Part shown: positions 1-13,786 of the stretch, piece by piece
Numbering within the stretch: position 1 is the stretch's first letter
Layout of the letters: each line of letters begins with the position of its first letter
NCBI RefSeq assembly: GCF_902713615.1
Contig: NC_052165.1
Coordinates: 9,998,348-10,062,347, forward strand
DNA from: Scyliorhinus canicula
Lineage: Eukaryota
Direction of reading: 5' to 3'
Length of the DNA stretch: 64,000 bases
Notes under the pieces: generated by a model
What the model saw: the letters and a program-made list of their open reading frames with translations, nothing else
Told to the model about the DNA's origin: nothing
The model's database searches: none
Translations under genes and position numbers: made by a program

Positions 1-245
1 CAGGATTCGATTCCGGCCTCGGGCGACTGTCTGTGGAGTTTGCACGTTCTCCCCGTGTCTGCGTGGGTTCCCTCCGGGTGCTCCGGTTTCCTTCCCCAGC
101 CGAAAGATGTGCAGGTTAGGTGGATTGGCTGTGATAAATTGTCCCTTAGAGTGGGGTTGCAGGATTAGGCCATGATAGGGTGGACTATCGAAAGGTCGAT
201 GCAGACACGATGGGCCGAATGGCCTCCTTCTGCACTGTCGGGATT
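1..245 (+). mobile_element. HE1-like V-SINE, 5' end cut by the window edge, CR1-type tail
   Basis: B-box-like GATTCGATTCC, V-core CCTCCGGGTGCTCCGGTTTCC, tail GGGCCGAATGGCCTCCTTCTGCACTGT. Confidence 0.85.
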
Positions 246-1711
246 CAATGATCCGAAAGGTCTTCGAGCTGAAATGTTAACTCTGTTTCTGTATTCACTG
301 ATATCAACAGATTTCAGAACTGATGGCAGGATGATTTGTTTTTTCTAACTTCAATCTTAAACGCATACTGGCTTTGCGACTGATGTCACAAGGAACAGAG
401 GTTTAGATGGTCATTTTTTAAATCTCCGTATGGTCGGCAATCATTTCTAGACGGTTTGAGATCATATAATAGAAAGTATTAACATGCCTCCCCTTGACTA
501 TAATTATCCTGTTTAACATTCATTGAAAAAAAAATCACACCTCAAATGCTTTATAAACAGAACTCTAGCTAATTGGAAATGATGGAATATCTAGTGCATT
601 TAGTGAATGATAAAGACCTTCATAACTCATGGATGATCCCATCATTTGTTTATCGTCAAGTCCACCTCACTCAGTAAGTGAGCTCGACGTGGTGAACACT
701 GAAACTGACTGGAGGATATTTAAACCCTGCAGTAACGTCTGGGAGGGCAGACACGAGGAATAAAGTCTGAAATGGCCTCTGGAATTGCTGCAATTTGACT
801 CTTCGCTGAGAACAAGACTCCAGCTGTTCACAGAGGGATTTCATTTTTGGTTAAAGCGTTCCCAGGTGCGGGTGCCTGCTTTAAAATTGAATAGATTGGA
901 CAATTTGGTGATTAGCAAACAGCTGATCTGAAAACACCCGCCCATATGCTTAGCAAACGTGGAATAAACTAAATTGCAACCAAGAAATGTGTCATTATCG
1001 ACAAGGCAGTGTACATTTCAGCTTGTTATTGAATGGATTGCAGAAACACCATACGTAGTGCATGCTGTCAACAATTTATTTGTCTTTATGGTTGCCAACC
1101 CTGGTTGAAGGTATTCCTGGAAGCTCAATCAAGTGATTTCTAATCACTTGTCAAAGCCAGTCGGCTCTTATGTGATCTCTCAATTTGGTTCATAAGTTAA
1201 TCATAAGGGGTAACAGGCTCATTGTTTAAAGCACATCATCCTAAACTCAGTTCAACAGCAACGTCACTTAACCACTCTCTGGTTTGGATTCAGTAAAGCA
1301 GAGTTCTCAGAGAATAATATAATTTATTGCACAGGAAGCCAACATTCAGCTCTGCTGCTTTCTTCTGCAATCGCAGTTCCTCCAGATTCTTTTTATATTC
1401 ATCCTCTTCAAATCCTGTGCCCCATTTATTCCCTTTTAAATTATGTTCTAGTCTCGTGCTCAATAGGCATTCGGGGTGTGGCATTTCATGACCTAACAGC
1501 TCTTCACTTCCCTTCACCTCCTTATTCTAGCGAGAATTGTGACACTTTTCCTCCTTCTTGATCCCCATTTTCCCAACAATCCGTATGTTTCACAGTTGAC
1601 CCAAAATATATTTTTCTCTCACCCCTTTTCAGTCACCCCTTTACTGGCCACTCCTCTCGCCACTTGGGTCTATCACTTTGTTGTTGCTTCTTGTTCTGCG
1701 TGAAAGCTGGC

Positions 1712-2885
1712 CATAAGACCATAAGACATAGGAGCAGACTTAGGCCACTCGACCCATTGAGTCTGCTCCTATATTCAATCATGGCTGATATTTTCTCATC
1801 CCCATTCTCCTGCCTTCTCCCCATAACCCCTGATCCCCTTATTAATCATGAACCTATCTTTCTCTGTCTTAAAGACACTCAGTGAATTGGCCTCCACAGC
1901 CTTCTGCGGCAAAGAGTTCCACAGATTCACCACCCTCTGGCTTAAGAAGTTCCTCCTCATCTCTGTTTTAAAGGATTGTCCCCTTAGTCTGAGATGGTGT
2001 CCTCTGGTTCTAGTTTCTCCAATAAGTGGAAACATCCTCTCCACGTCCACTCTATCCAGGCCTCACAGTATCCTGTAAGTTTCAATAAGATCCCCTCTCA
2101 TCCTTCTAAATTCCAACAAGTACAGACCCAGAGTCCTCAAACATTCCTCATACGACAAGTTCTTCATTCCAGGGATCATTCTTGTGAACCTCCTCTGGAC
2201 CCTTTCCAAGGCCAGCACATCCTTCCTCAGATACGGGGCCCAAAACTGCTCATAATACTCCAAATGGGGTCTGTCCAGAGCCTTATACAGCCTCAGAAAT
2301 ACATCCCTGCTCTTGTATTCTAGCCCTCTCGACATGAATGCTAACATTGCATTTGCCTTCTTAACTGCCGACTGAACCTACACATTAATCTGAAGAGAAT
2401 CATGAACAAGGACTCCCAAGTCCCTTTGTGCTTCGGATTTCTGAAGCATGTCCCCATTTAGAAAATTGTCGATGCCTAAATTTCCCCTTCCAAAGTGCAT
2501 AACCTCACACTTTTCCACATTGTATTTAATTTGCCACTTCATTGCCCACTCTCCCAGCTTGTCCAAGTCCTTCTGCAGCCCCCTTGCTTCCTCAATACTA
2601 TCTGTCCCTCTACAGATCTTTGTATCATCTGCAAACTTAGCAACAGTGCCTTCAGTACCTTCTTCCAGATCATTCATGTATATTGTGAAAAGTTGTGGTC
2701 CCAGCACAGATCCCTCAGGCACACCACTAGTCACCGGCTGCCATCCTGAAAAAGACCCCTTTATCCCCACTCTCTGTCTTCTGCCAGTCAGCCAATCCTC
2801 TATCTTTGCCAGGATCTTACCCTAAACATCATGGGCGTCTAACTTATCTAACAGCCTCCTATGCGGCACCTTGTCAAAGGCCTTG
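1712..2885 (-). mobile_element. CR1-clade LINE 3' fragment (RT C-terminus and 3' UTR), frameshifted
   Basis: ORFs 2378-2770 (SGVPEGSVLGPQLF, KFADDTK), 2063-2347 (LEYYEQFWAPY, ERVQRRFTRMIPG) and 1796-2050 (RNFLSQRVVNLWNSLP). Confidence 0.93.
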
Positions 2886-3460
2886 GGATTTGGAGGCCAC
2901 CCATATATGCCAAGGGCTGAGAATCTTAACAACTGGTGGATCATATCAAACAGGACGTCCCTTCAGCTGTTCGCAGTAGGCAGACTACTGACCATACTCA
3001 ACATACCCTTGCTTGCAAAACTCAGAACATAATGTCTAACGTCACATGTGGTTCTGTGATTGGGCAGCACTTACTGAACAATCCTGAGTGTGCTAGCAAT
3101 TACACTAACAGCCAATTTAAGATTATTACAAAAGGTTCATAGTGTAGCTTGCTAGATACTACATGTGTCCATATGCAGGGACCAGTCATCTGCAAGCCAA
3201 AGGAATATGCAACACATTGCACCTTCTTTGAATAAAGAAATACATGGGGGACATTAGCTGTAAGGTGCATTTGTCATGCCAAAATCTTGACCAATCAGAA
3301 CTGAGTTGCCAAACAATTAGTACCCCTGTTCACATGCAGGACAAATTGTTCTTGAAATTTGGAATACTTGTGTATGCCCTGATGAGTCCTTGACAAAAAG
3401 CTTTGACGGCATTTTTTTCCCAGCAATATTCAAGCTCTGTACTACTAAGCGACTCTTTAA
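2886..3460 (+). mobile_element. Penelope-like element 3' fragment: GIY-YIG-type endonuclease remnant and terminal repeat with a degenerate hammerhead
   Basis: Peptide VIGQHLLNNPECASNY resembles the C-terminal part of Penelope endonucleases; CTGATGA-GTC-CTT-GAC-AAAAAGCTT motif at 3379-3403. Confidence 0.6.
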
Positions 3461-4199
3461 TACACATTCTTGGGATAGAGTGGAACTTTTATTCCACCTT
3501 GGAATAAATCATAAGACACGGAAGTCTTAGTTATGCCAAATGATACGATACCTTAAAGATATTTGACTCCTGGTTTTGATATCCCATTGTTTGAGTAATG
3601 CAAATGTTATTGCAAAAAAAAAACATGCTTTATCTGACATCATTTTGTTCAAACCAAAAACTTGCTTTTCTATAACAGTCTTTACATAGAGAGGCATAAA
3701 GTCACAAAGTCAAAGCTGGAGATATTAGGAGCAGTAGCCAGAAGCTTGTTCAAAGAGGTGGGTTTTACACAAGGTCTGTTGGAAGGAGGCGCGGTTTCGA
3801 GGCAGAATTTCCCAGTGTGGGGCCACGTCAATTGAAAACACAGATGCTAATGGTGGTGTGGAAGGAGGAGGGAAGCCAGGTTCAAGAAACAGAGATTGTG
3901 GGAGGAGATTGCAGAGTAAGGCAGGAGCATGGCGATAAATTGTGACAATAATCCACGCAGGTTTGATAATTGGGTGGTCGGGGAGCAGGGGTTGGTGTGG
4001 GATAGGGCCTTGCAGCCAGAGTTTAACTGAGCTGAAGTTTACACAGGATGGCTTATAGGAATCAAGGATTCATGGAAACATGTGGCACAGAAGGAGGCCA
4101 TTCAGCCGGGCATGCTTCTTACTAGCTCTTTGAAAGAGAATTGTGCTTACTCCTGCATCCCCATTTTATCGTCTGTCCACCTGTAAGCTGTTTTATTTA

Positions 4200-4600
4200 C
4201 GTATTTATTATTTTGTGGGACCTAGGTGTCACTGGCCTGGCCAGTATTTGTTGTCCACCCCTAATTGGACTGAGTTGCTTGGAAGGCCATTTCAAAGGGC
4301 AGTGAAGAGGCGTAGGCATTTCTGTGGGCCTGGTGGCTGGCACATGTAGGCCAGACCAGGTAAGGGTTGGAAGATTTCCTTCCCAAAAGAACATTAGTGA
4401 ACCAATTGGGTTTTTGCAATAATGAGTAATGGATCACGGTTGCATTTACTGAGAATAGCTTTCGTTCCCAGATTTCGTCAACTGAATTTGAATTTCGCCA
4501 CCTGCCCGCGTGGGATTTGAACCCATGAGCCCACAGTATAGGCCTGGGCCTCTGGATTACTAAGCGGGTGACATTACCACGATGCCATCATCTTCCCCTC
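4200..4600 (-). mobile_element. LINE 3'-end-derived repeat; related copies at about 18410-18735, 29600-29960 (-) and 31460-31655, 32480-32560 (+)
   Basis: Shared blocks GGCCAGCATTT..GCCCATCCCT, GGCCAGACCAGGTAAGG and GGGATTCGAACCC..CTCTGGATTACTAG recur across copies. Confidence 0.7.
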
Positions 4601-4962
4601 ACATTACATTTTATATTATATTAAACATTATGTAGGATTATGTGGGATAAACAGCACAAAAACGGCCATTGAAACGAGATTGAAACAGTCCATGCAGCGT
4701 CTATACTCCACTCGAGCCGCCTGTTATTTTTCATCTAACTTTATCAGCAATAGTCTCTATTCCCTTCCCTGTCTGTACTTATCTAACATCCCATTAAATG
4801 CATTTATCCTATTCACTGCAACGATTCCCTTGTGGTAACAAGTTCCACATTCTCACCACCCCCTGGGTAGAAAAGCTTACTCTGAATTCCCTGTTTGATT
4901 TCTTGCCGTTATGTTGATGGCCTCTAGTTTGGCTCTGCCGCACCAGTGCAAACATTTACTTT

Positions 4963-6031
4963 GGGCGCGATCATACGGCTCCGTTCTGCCCGACTCGGTG
5001 ACAGGACGAGGTTGGTAAATCTCGCGAGATGTACAACGCTCTGAACGCCACACGAGATTGAACGAGACCTCGGTTACAATCTGGATCTCACCATCACTGG
5101 GCAGAATCCGGATTTGCATGTTCATGTGAGCAGTTAGCCACACTTGAGTGTGTCTGTGCTGGAGTTTTCCAAGGCAAGGATTTGGATGCCCACGCCTGGG
5201 AGACCTGGCCTTGGCGCCGTGGTTTCCACAAACATTGGCCAGGCGTAACGGCACTTTGGGGGGCCTCCCAAGCGATCGGAGGCCGCCGAGTGGTCCATTT
5301 CTGGAAAGGATGATACCCTGACACGCCCAATGCCATCCAAGCACCTTGCCACTGCCACCCTGGCACCCTGGAAATGCTACACTGGAACTGCTAGGGTGCC
5401 TGGCTAGCACTGCCAGGCTGGCAGGGGCACTGCCAGGGTGCCTGGACACCAGTGCCTGGGTGCCAGTTTGCCTGTAGGCCATGGGGTTCCCTGCTCTTAT
5501 GAGGTGGGGTGAGGGGCTCAAGGACCCCCAATCAGTAAATTTTAAAAGTTTTTAAATTTGGAGTAGCCAATTAATTTTTCCAATTAAGGGGCAATTTAGC
5601 GTGGCCAATCCACCTACTCTACACATCTTTGGGTTGTGGGGGCGAAACCCACGCAAACATGGGGAGAATGTGCAAACTCCACACGGACAGTGACCCAGAG
5701 CAGGGATCGAATCTGGGACCTTGGCGCCGGGAGGCAGCAGTGCTAACCACTGCGCCACCGTGCTGCCCACCCCAATCAGTAAGCTGGGGCATTGGGCGAT
5801 CTGGAGGCCATGGTGAGGACTTGAGAGATCAGGGCGGCATTTATAAATGGCGGCTCAATCTCTTCCTCCTCTGAGCTGAGCTGATCAGTGTAAGAAATTA
5901 AACTAACTGCGGCCTTGATGGGGCCCAAAAAGGAAGCAGATTTCGATGATTAGTGGGGTGCATTGCCGAGAAACACCCCCACTAAACGCGCCCAAAACAG
6001 GACTCTGTTTCTTTTTCATTAAATCGCCCCC
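4963..6031. mobile_element. GC-rich non-autonomous TIR element (PIF/Harbinger-type MITE), TSD TTT, with a nested SINE
   Basis: Ends GGGCGCGAT...ATCGCCCCC; TTT on both sides (4960-62, 6032-34). Confidence 0.75.
5539..5769 (-). mobile_element. HE1-like SINE, short A/T-tailed form, 13-bp TSD
   Basis: CCCCAATCAGTAA duplicated at 5526-38 and 5770-82; tRNA-like head on the - strand. Confidence 0.9.
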
Positions 6032-6960
6032 TTTATATTTACTTCGTCAAAACCTTTCCAAATTTTAAAGGCAACCATGAAGTCACTCCTCCGCCTGCTC
6101 TTCCCAGCAGGAAAGTAACGCAGTAACCTGTTCATCCTTTCCTGCTATTATCATCATCGTAAATCTCTTTTGCACCCTCGTGCCTCCACATGTTTTTTTT
6201 ACATTATGGTGACCAAAATTGCACATCGTGCTCTATGTGTGACCTAACAAAAGCTCAATACATATTTAGCATAACCTCTCCATCCCTTTAGAATTAAGCC
6301 CGATTGCTTGGTTTTCTACTTTTATGGCCTTGTTAACCTATGTTATTACTTGTAGTGATTGTGCATTTTTACTCCCTTTTTTCTTCTACCCAATTTAGAT
6401 TCTTCGGCTAGGATGGGTGGGCCTGCAAATTCCTGCCACAAAGTCAATGGACTTGTGTGGTGGACTAAGTCAAAGGCTGCAGAAATGTCACGGTGGGGGG
6501 ATGCCAAGAGGCAATGCACAAGGTCATAGTCACATATGATACAATTTATACACAGTTTAAAGTTACTTTTGCTTTTTCATAATCTCCACCTCTGGGTTTA
6601 TAAAAATGTATCTCCATTCTGGTTAAGTAAGGCCTCAGTTGTAAAATTGTCATCATTATTTTCGAATTCCTTCAGGCCCTCCCTGCCTTTCTCTCTCATT
6701 TCTTTCATCCCCACAACATTCCAAGACGTCTGAGCTTGGACAGGTGTGGCCGCTTGAGCACCCGGATGTATGCCTTCAGTCGCTTCGGCCCTGAGCTCCA
6801 GATTTTCCAACCCTCAACGCCTTTGCCTCTCTTTTCTCCTTTGATGGGCTCCTGAAAACCTATCTCTTTGAACAAGCTTTTGGTCTGTGTCGCTCGATGT
6901 CACATTGCTTTACGCTCATGCAAAGTCTGTTGGGACATTTTATTCTGTTATAGGAACCAT

Positions 6961-7310
6961 GGGCTGGATTCTCCGATTGTGAGGCTATGTCCTCACGCCG
7001 GCGTGGGAACGGTGGCATTTTACGTCCGGACATTCAGCGCAAAATGGCCACCGATCCTTCATGTAGCTGGGGGCTAGCATGCCGGCAGCGTAGAGCACCC
7101 GGCTATAGTTGCTGATACGGCCTGAGAATTGCTGGGTCCATGGCCATGCATGCGCATGGCGGTGGCCTGCAGCTGCTGCACCGTGCAACATGGCGCCGGC
7201 CGCTCGTGAACCCAGCCTGCGAAATAGTGCCCGCCCTTTTGCCGGCTCGCAAGCCCCAGCCCCAGATCGTTGAACGTTATTTCAGCAATGGCGACTGGAG
7301 AATCCTGCCT
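6961..7310. mobile_element. GC-rich TIR element, TSD CAT
   Basis: GGGCTGGATTCTCC...GGAGAATCCTGCCT; CAT at 6958-60 and 7311-13. Confidence 0.8.
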
Positions 7311-9684
7311 CATATGTTTACAAGTTTTTACAAATATAGATGAATTCAGTGTTTTCGATTGACTTTTTGCAACATCTGACCATTGTTGACTTCTTTCAAT
7401 ATAATTCATAGAGTGCAGCCTCGCAATAATTGCATCATTATGTACTAATTTAGAATGAATACATTTATAGAATAACATGAAGCCTGTTTGCATGTTAAAG
7501 ATGAAGTATTTCTATACTTCCAGAAATAAATGCAATGTAATATTGTCCAGTTTTTTGAAAATAGCACTTCTGTTCACTGTAAAACAGCATCACAATTTAG
7601 TCTGTGTAACATTGGACTCCAGGAGTAAAAATGCAATATACAGGGGCAGATTTATACACATGCCTATTTTACACTGTCTGTGACCTTTGAGATGTACAGT
7701 ATTAATTTATTTTTGGACTCACTACATTGTGCATAATATGGTGAACATATTCAGGTTCATTAATATGTCCTGAAATTTATTTCACCCATTAATGAGAGGT
7801 GACTTATAGTGCATTACCCATCCTTTGATTGGATCCACTATGTCACAGAGTCTCTCAAGTTGAGCGTGCATGTGTTTCAACAAATCCGTTTAATAATGAA
7901 GTGTATTTTGCAATAATGGAGATTATAAAATGTAGCTTATACATACATTAATGCATCTCTACAAAGCACAAATGTAAATTCAAAATGCCTGTGAAGGGTA
8001 AATTCGTACCCTACTTTCTGCTGTGCTCATCCATATGTGTTGTGCTAGTATTTGCATAATGTGTCAGTGGCGTAACCCTCGGGAGCCCTTAATAAACACC
8101 ACCTTCTTGCTGTGAGCCCCCGGTGTCACCACATATAACGTTTACAAGCATACAACTGTTTTCCAACATATTGGCCCAAAGTTTCTCAATTCCAGAGCAA
8201 CAGAAATCTGGAATTAAGTTTTCCCTGTATTGGAACTCTGCAGATGTCCTGGTTTGCGCATTTGCGTTATACTTCCCCAGGAAGTTTAAACTTTCGATGA
8301 GCTGATTTGCACAGTGTAATGCCCTCCGTGAACGTTGGACTCAGTGTCAGAGATATGGGCCAGATATGCAGGACTTACCCAGATAATTATGCAGGAAATG
8401 TTAGGATTAGGATTTGTTTATTGTCACGTATACCGAGGTGCAGTGAAAAGTATTTTTCTGCGAGCAGCTCAAGCAGATCACTAAGTACATGAAAATAAAA
8501 AGAAAATACATAATAGGGCAACACAAGGTACATAATGTACATAAGGTACACAATGTTACGCTGGTTAATATCTGGCATTACCCAGAGAACAGCCAGTGCA
8601 ACTGAACTGAGCACTGTAACCAACCTTGGCCCCTCCCTGACCCATAGGAGCAGGAGTAGACTATTCGGCACCTCAAACCTGTACACATTTCAAACTGATC
8701 ATGGCTGATAATCTACCTCTGTGCCTTTTTTCCCCACTATCTCCATATCCATATGTGTTATTAATATCCCAAAATTTATCAATTTCGACTTTGAACATGC
8801 TCAATGATGGAACATACGCAGCCTTCTAAAGGTGTGGAAAATTCTAAAGATATATCGCCCTCCTCACCTCTGTCTTATATGGCCTGCCACTTATTCTGAG
8901 ACTGTGTTCCCTGGTTCTGGACTCGTCGCTAGGGCAGCCAAAGTGACATCTACTCTTTCACGTCCTGTAAGAATTTTGTAAGTTTCAATGAAATCACCTC
9001 TCATTCTTTGATTCAAACAGATCTGACCCAACTGTCTTTCCCTCCAAGACTCCCAAACTTCCCGGGCATCGATAGCACAAGTACTCACATCTGCAGGGTT
9101 CCGACACAAGGCAAACTCAAGTCCAGATTCCTGCTGCTCTGGAATTGCGAAAATTTCAATGTGTTGGAAAACAGTTGTGCGCTTAGAAACATTACATGTG
9201 ATGACTGAGAACTAGGGGCAGGATTAGACAATTCCGCCCCACGAGCCTATACCACCATCCAATACGATAAAGGCTGATCTCATCTTGGTCTCAACTCCAT
9301 TTTCCTGCCTGTTCTCCATAACCCTTCAACCCATTGCGAATTAAAAATCTATTTCCTGAAATTTACTCAATAGGCTCGATTCCACTAATTGGAAACAAAG
9401 TTCCATAGCAAGTGCATATAGCCGTGGTTTCCATCATATGGCTGTACAACACAACTCACGTTGTATAAGGGGACTCAACGGGGACCGCGTTTAGATAACA
9501 GATTGCTCACCTAACCTGACCTCTCCCACCAACCCAACTACCCACCTGATAACCCTCTGACCTGATTACCCTACCTGACCCGACTACCCACCCAATCCAA
9601 CAAACGCCCACCTGACCACCCGCCTCAACCACCTGCCCTGACTATCCCACTCGAAAGCGTTCCCACCCAACCCAACAAACTCCC

Positions 9685-10006
9685 ATAGAACCATAGAACC
9701 CCTACAGTGCAGAAGGAGGCCTTTTGGCCCATCGAGTCTGCACGGACCCTCTGAAAGAGCACCCTACCTAGGCCGACTTGTCTACCCTATCCCAGTAACC
9801 CCATCTAACTTGCACACTAAGGGACAATTTATCATGGCCAATTCACCTAAGTTAGACTGTGGGAGGAAACTGGAGCCCCCGGAGAAAACCAATGCAGATA
9901 TGTGGAGAATGTACAGACTCCGCACAGACAGTCATCCGTGGCCGGAATTGAACTCGGGTCCCGGGAGCTGTGAGGCAGGAGTGCTAACCACTGTGCCACC
10001 ATGCCG
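9685..10006 (-). mobile_element. HE1-like V-SINE with CR1-type tail
   Basis: CATAGAACCATAGAA tail, V-core, GTGCTAACCACTGTGCCACC head. Confidence 0.85.
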
Positions 10007-10173
10007 CGCATTCAAAAATAGTGCGAACCCAACTCAACCAACCCACTGACCAAACTACCTTCCTGACCTGACTGTCCACACACCCTTTCACTTACACACT
10101 CGCCCACTCACTCACTCAGCTACTCAATCACCCAGTCACTTACTCATCCACTTACTCACTCACCCACTCAATC

Positions 10174-12295
10174 TGTAACTCCAGCCGCGGCAAGGTAAAT
10201 ACAAAACTCAGGTTTATTCCTTGAACAAAAAGCAACCAGAGCGTACAATACGGGTGTCCCACCCAGGGATCATGGGAAACCCCAGTCCGAGTGTGGCTTA
10301 CACATTTTGAAGTCTGCCAGTGAGGCCCTATTGGGCGAGCCTCTGCCCACTCACTACAGGAACTCGTAAACCACGAACCCCACAGGGAGATCAATTGAAG
10401 ATTCCCCCGTGGTCTTCGTGGTCATCATAACATCCCTCACCTCTCAGGTTTGTTTCATCCCTGGTGCTCCCATGACGATGAGATCGCTCCCATCTCTTTG
10501 CGCATGATCTCGAGTCCGCGACAAGTAGAGCGGATCGAGAGGTGACCTTAACTTCCTCAAAGAGCATCTGAGGGTCACCAACAGAGGTTCCTCATCAGTA
10601 CCGGCCACCGGGGACAAACCTGATCCCTCAGTCCCTCATGTCAGAACCTCACTCGACACCACTGGGGAGTCCCCCAGTCGGTCGTAACCCTGTGCCAGAG
10701 ATGGCCAAGACTGGGGTTAGAGGTGTCATTTTATTGGGAGTGGGCTCCCTATTTTTAGGTTGATCGAGGTGCTTCCTCGGTATATTCCCTTGGACCTTCA
10801 CCTTGTAGGAGACGTGCCCTGTCTTACCCGGTGTGACTCCAGGGACTCAGCTGGAACCATCTTCAAAGTTCCGCACGTTGACGGCGTCCCCAGTCTTGAA
10901 CACCCTCTCGGGCATCATGGCATTGTGATTTCTTTTTGGATTCTCCTGTTTGGATTCTACTCTCCCCGAAATTCGGAAAGAGCAGGCTCAGCCTGGTACA
11001 AAGTCCCATCGATAGCTCTGCCCGACGACTCCTCTTGGATTTTGCGGCGTGGTTATGTAATCAAACAGTAATCGTGTCAACCTTATCTCCATGGATATGG
11101 CCGGCTGCTTCTTCATGTCGCCTTCGAAGGTCTGCACTGTCCGCCCTGCCGGAACATTGGGTGATGGGTGATATGGCACTGTTGTTATATGTTTGATGCC
11201 ATTCAGTTTCAGAATAGCCTGGAACGTCTCACTAGTGAAGGATGTACCATTGCCAGAGACTAAGACTTCTGGCATGCCCTGAATGCAATCGCTCTATTCG
11301 AGTTTCTCAATTGTGGTGTGGGATGTTGTAGAGACCATGCATTGTACTTCCACCCATTTGGAATGGGCATCCACCAAGATTAAAAATGTGGAACCTTAAA
11401 ACAGATCAGTGAAGTCGACATATATCTACACTAATGGTCTGTATGGCCACTCCCATGAGTGCAGGGAGTCCGAAGGGGGGAGATTCTGGTTCCCTTGGTG
11501 CAAACATACACCAAAGATGACCACCAAGCCCTCCTTCTCAATTTGTGAGCAGCGCCGGTCTGTATCCATAAGGGTCCTGGACTCGTAGGCAATGGGCTGT
11601 TTTGTTCCATCTTTCCAATGGTGCGAGAATATCACCCCAACTCCAAAGTGAGAGGCGAGACATATCAGTATGAGCTTCTTCTTGGAATCATAATGGGCTA
11701 GTACGTTAGCTGATAATAGCTACCATTTTACTTTCTCAAAGGCCTCGTCTTGTGGCACCTGCCAAGACCATTTCCAGTATTTCTTCAAGAACAGATGTAA
11801 AGGTGACGGTAGAGATGCCAAGTTAATGATGAATTTCCTGTAATATTGACCAGTTCCAGGAAGGATTTCAGTTCTGTGGTATTTCATGGGACCGGAGGTT
11901 CTTTAATAGCCTTGACCTTGTCCTCCACAGTGTGTACGCTTTTCTTGTCCACCCGGTATCGTACATAGGTTACCTCGCTCGCTTGGAATATACTCTTTTC
12001 TCTTTGGAGATCTGCACTCCTGCGTTTAAAAGCTGCCGCAAGACCTCTTCTCGGTTTGCTAGATGCTCCTGCTCTGCAGTCCCTGTAATCAATACGTCAT
12101 CAAGGTACCCTACCACCGTGGGCAATCCTTGGAGTATCTTCTCCATAACTTGCTGAAATATGGCACATGCTGAGGAGACTCCAAAGGGCAGGCGTGTACA
12201 TTTGTTCAGGCCCTTGTGTGCGTCAATCATGACGTATTTACAGAACAGTTCATCTAGTTCAAGCTGGAGGTAGTCGTGGCTTGTGTCGAGTTTCA
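10174..12295 (-). mobile_element. Gypsy/Ty3 LTR retrotransposon remnant: RT, RNase H, integrase, PPT and 3' LTR (10174-10432)
   Basis: RT motifs PFGVSSACAIFQ and YLDDV (11970-12296), RNase H PIAYESRTL..QIEKEGL (11426-11635), integrase SGNGTSFTS..PYHPSPN (10988-11275). On the - strand a purine tract GAGAGGTGAGGGA abuts a 259-bp TG...CA LTR containing AATAAA. Confidence 0.9.
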
Positions 12296-12949
12296 ATTCC
12301 AGATTTATGAACTGAATTTAAATTCCACCAGCTGCTGTGGTGAGAACCTATAATCCCACAAGGAGAACCTGGGCCTTTGGATTTATAGCCCAGTGACATA
12401 ACCAGGATGCCACCACCCTCTGTCCAATTTGTTGATGTACTACCTACGGTAAATAAGAATAAGACGTTTATTATATGATATAATTCATTATTGCTAAGAT
12501 AGAGCAGCATGTATCCCGCCTGTCACTGTAACACCTCGGATATAATTGTTGCGAATGGTTCCATCCTGAGGGCAATTAAGAGTTAATTCCTTTTGTAAAT
12601 TTCCTGACGTTCGTTATTAGATCGTCATTTCTCTGTAGAACAATTGTTCTTGGCTCCTGCCCTGACCAAATTTGGAATCCCAGCAAGATATGATATTTTG
12701 AACATACATGTAAACGGGAAAGGAACCAGCTTGGAACTGGATATTTCCATTTTATGAAATTTCCCATCGTAACTAACTTATGGAAAATGGCTCCTCGCGT
12801 GAGGGAGAATGCAGGGCCCAGAGCGTGGGGGGGGGAACTCCACGATCATCCTGCAACCCAGAGAGCCATTCCTGCTACTTCTTGTCCGCAAAAAAAGTAA
12901 ATGAAAACCTGCCTTGCAATGGCCTCTTCTCCTGGATACTCATCCCATA

Positions 12950-13786
12950 GGGTGCGATCCAATGGCCAGACTGCGCCGGAAAAGGAATTCGCCTCACCGC
13001 TGCGTGACCGGTGAAAGCCAGGAGCCCACGCTTCCGGGATCCACCCGGCTCGCAACGCCTCGTGACTCAACTCGATCACGCGAGATGTTGCAAGGAGATT
13101 CCCGCCCACAATGGGCGGGATCACCTTTTGGCAAATCTGCATATTAGAGCGAGGTAGCTAGCCTCACTCTAATGTGCAGATTCCTGAGGTAACTGAGTCT
13201 TTGGGAAGCAGCTCCTTTGTCTCAGAGACCTTGGGCAAGGGCAGTTCAGAACTGGTCCCCACTAAAGGATGGAGCAGCACCTGTGAGGTTCCCCCAGCTG
13301 TTCGGAGGGCCCCAGCTGCATGCCCTTTGGTGCCACCTGGGTATCCTGGAAGTGTCAGCCTGGAACCATGGCAGTGTCACCTGTGTTGCCAGCCTGGTGG
13401 TGCTCAGGTGGCACTGCCAGCTGTCAGGGGCAGTGCCCAGTTGGTACGGCCGAGGTGCCTCGCTGGTATTTGTTTGGGTCTGTGATCAGGCCAGGGTTGC
13501 CCGGCGTGGATGAGAGGGGAAGTGTAACCCTCCCATTGTGCATTTGGGCTGGCGGGGAGTGGGAGGAGGTTGGGGATTGTTTCAGAAGTCTTGAAGATCA
13601 GGACACCATTTAAAAATGGCGTCCCGATCTCGCGCTACAATGGGGCGTTCTGGCGAGCGAAGCTCCCCACTGTACAAAATGGGGCGGTGTGCTGCCTTGA
13701 CCACGTGTTGCCCATTCAAGTTCCTTATTCGCTGTGAGAGCTGGGAAACATGGGGGACTATGTGCCTTTTTGGGAATATTGCGCCC
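12950..13786. mobile_element. GC-rich TIR element, TSD ATA
   Basis: GGGTGCGAT...ATTGCGCCC; ATA at 12947-49 and 13787-89; internal blocks shared with 4963-6031 and 19694-20715. Confidence 0.75.

Noticed and set aside
1290-1517. Charged helical peptide EEDEYKKNLEELRLQKKAAE on the - strand
   Set aside because: Only about 25 coding-like residues, with no clear splice sites or family I can recognise.
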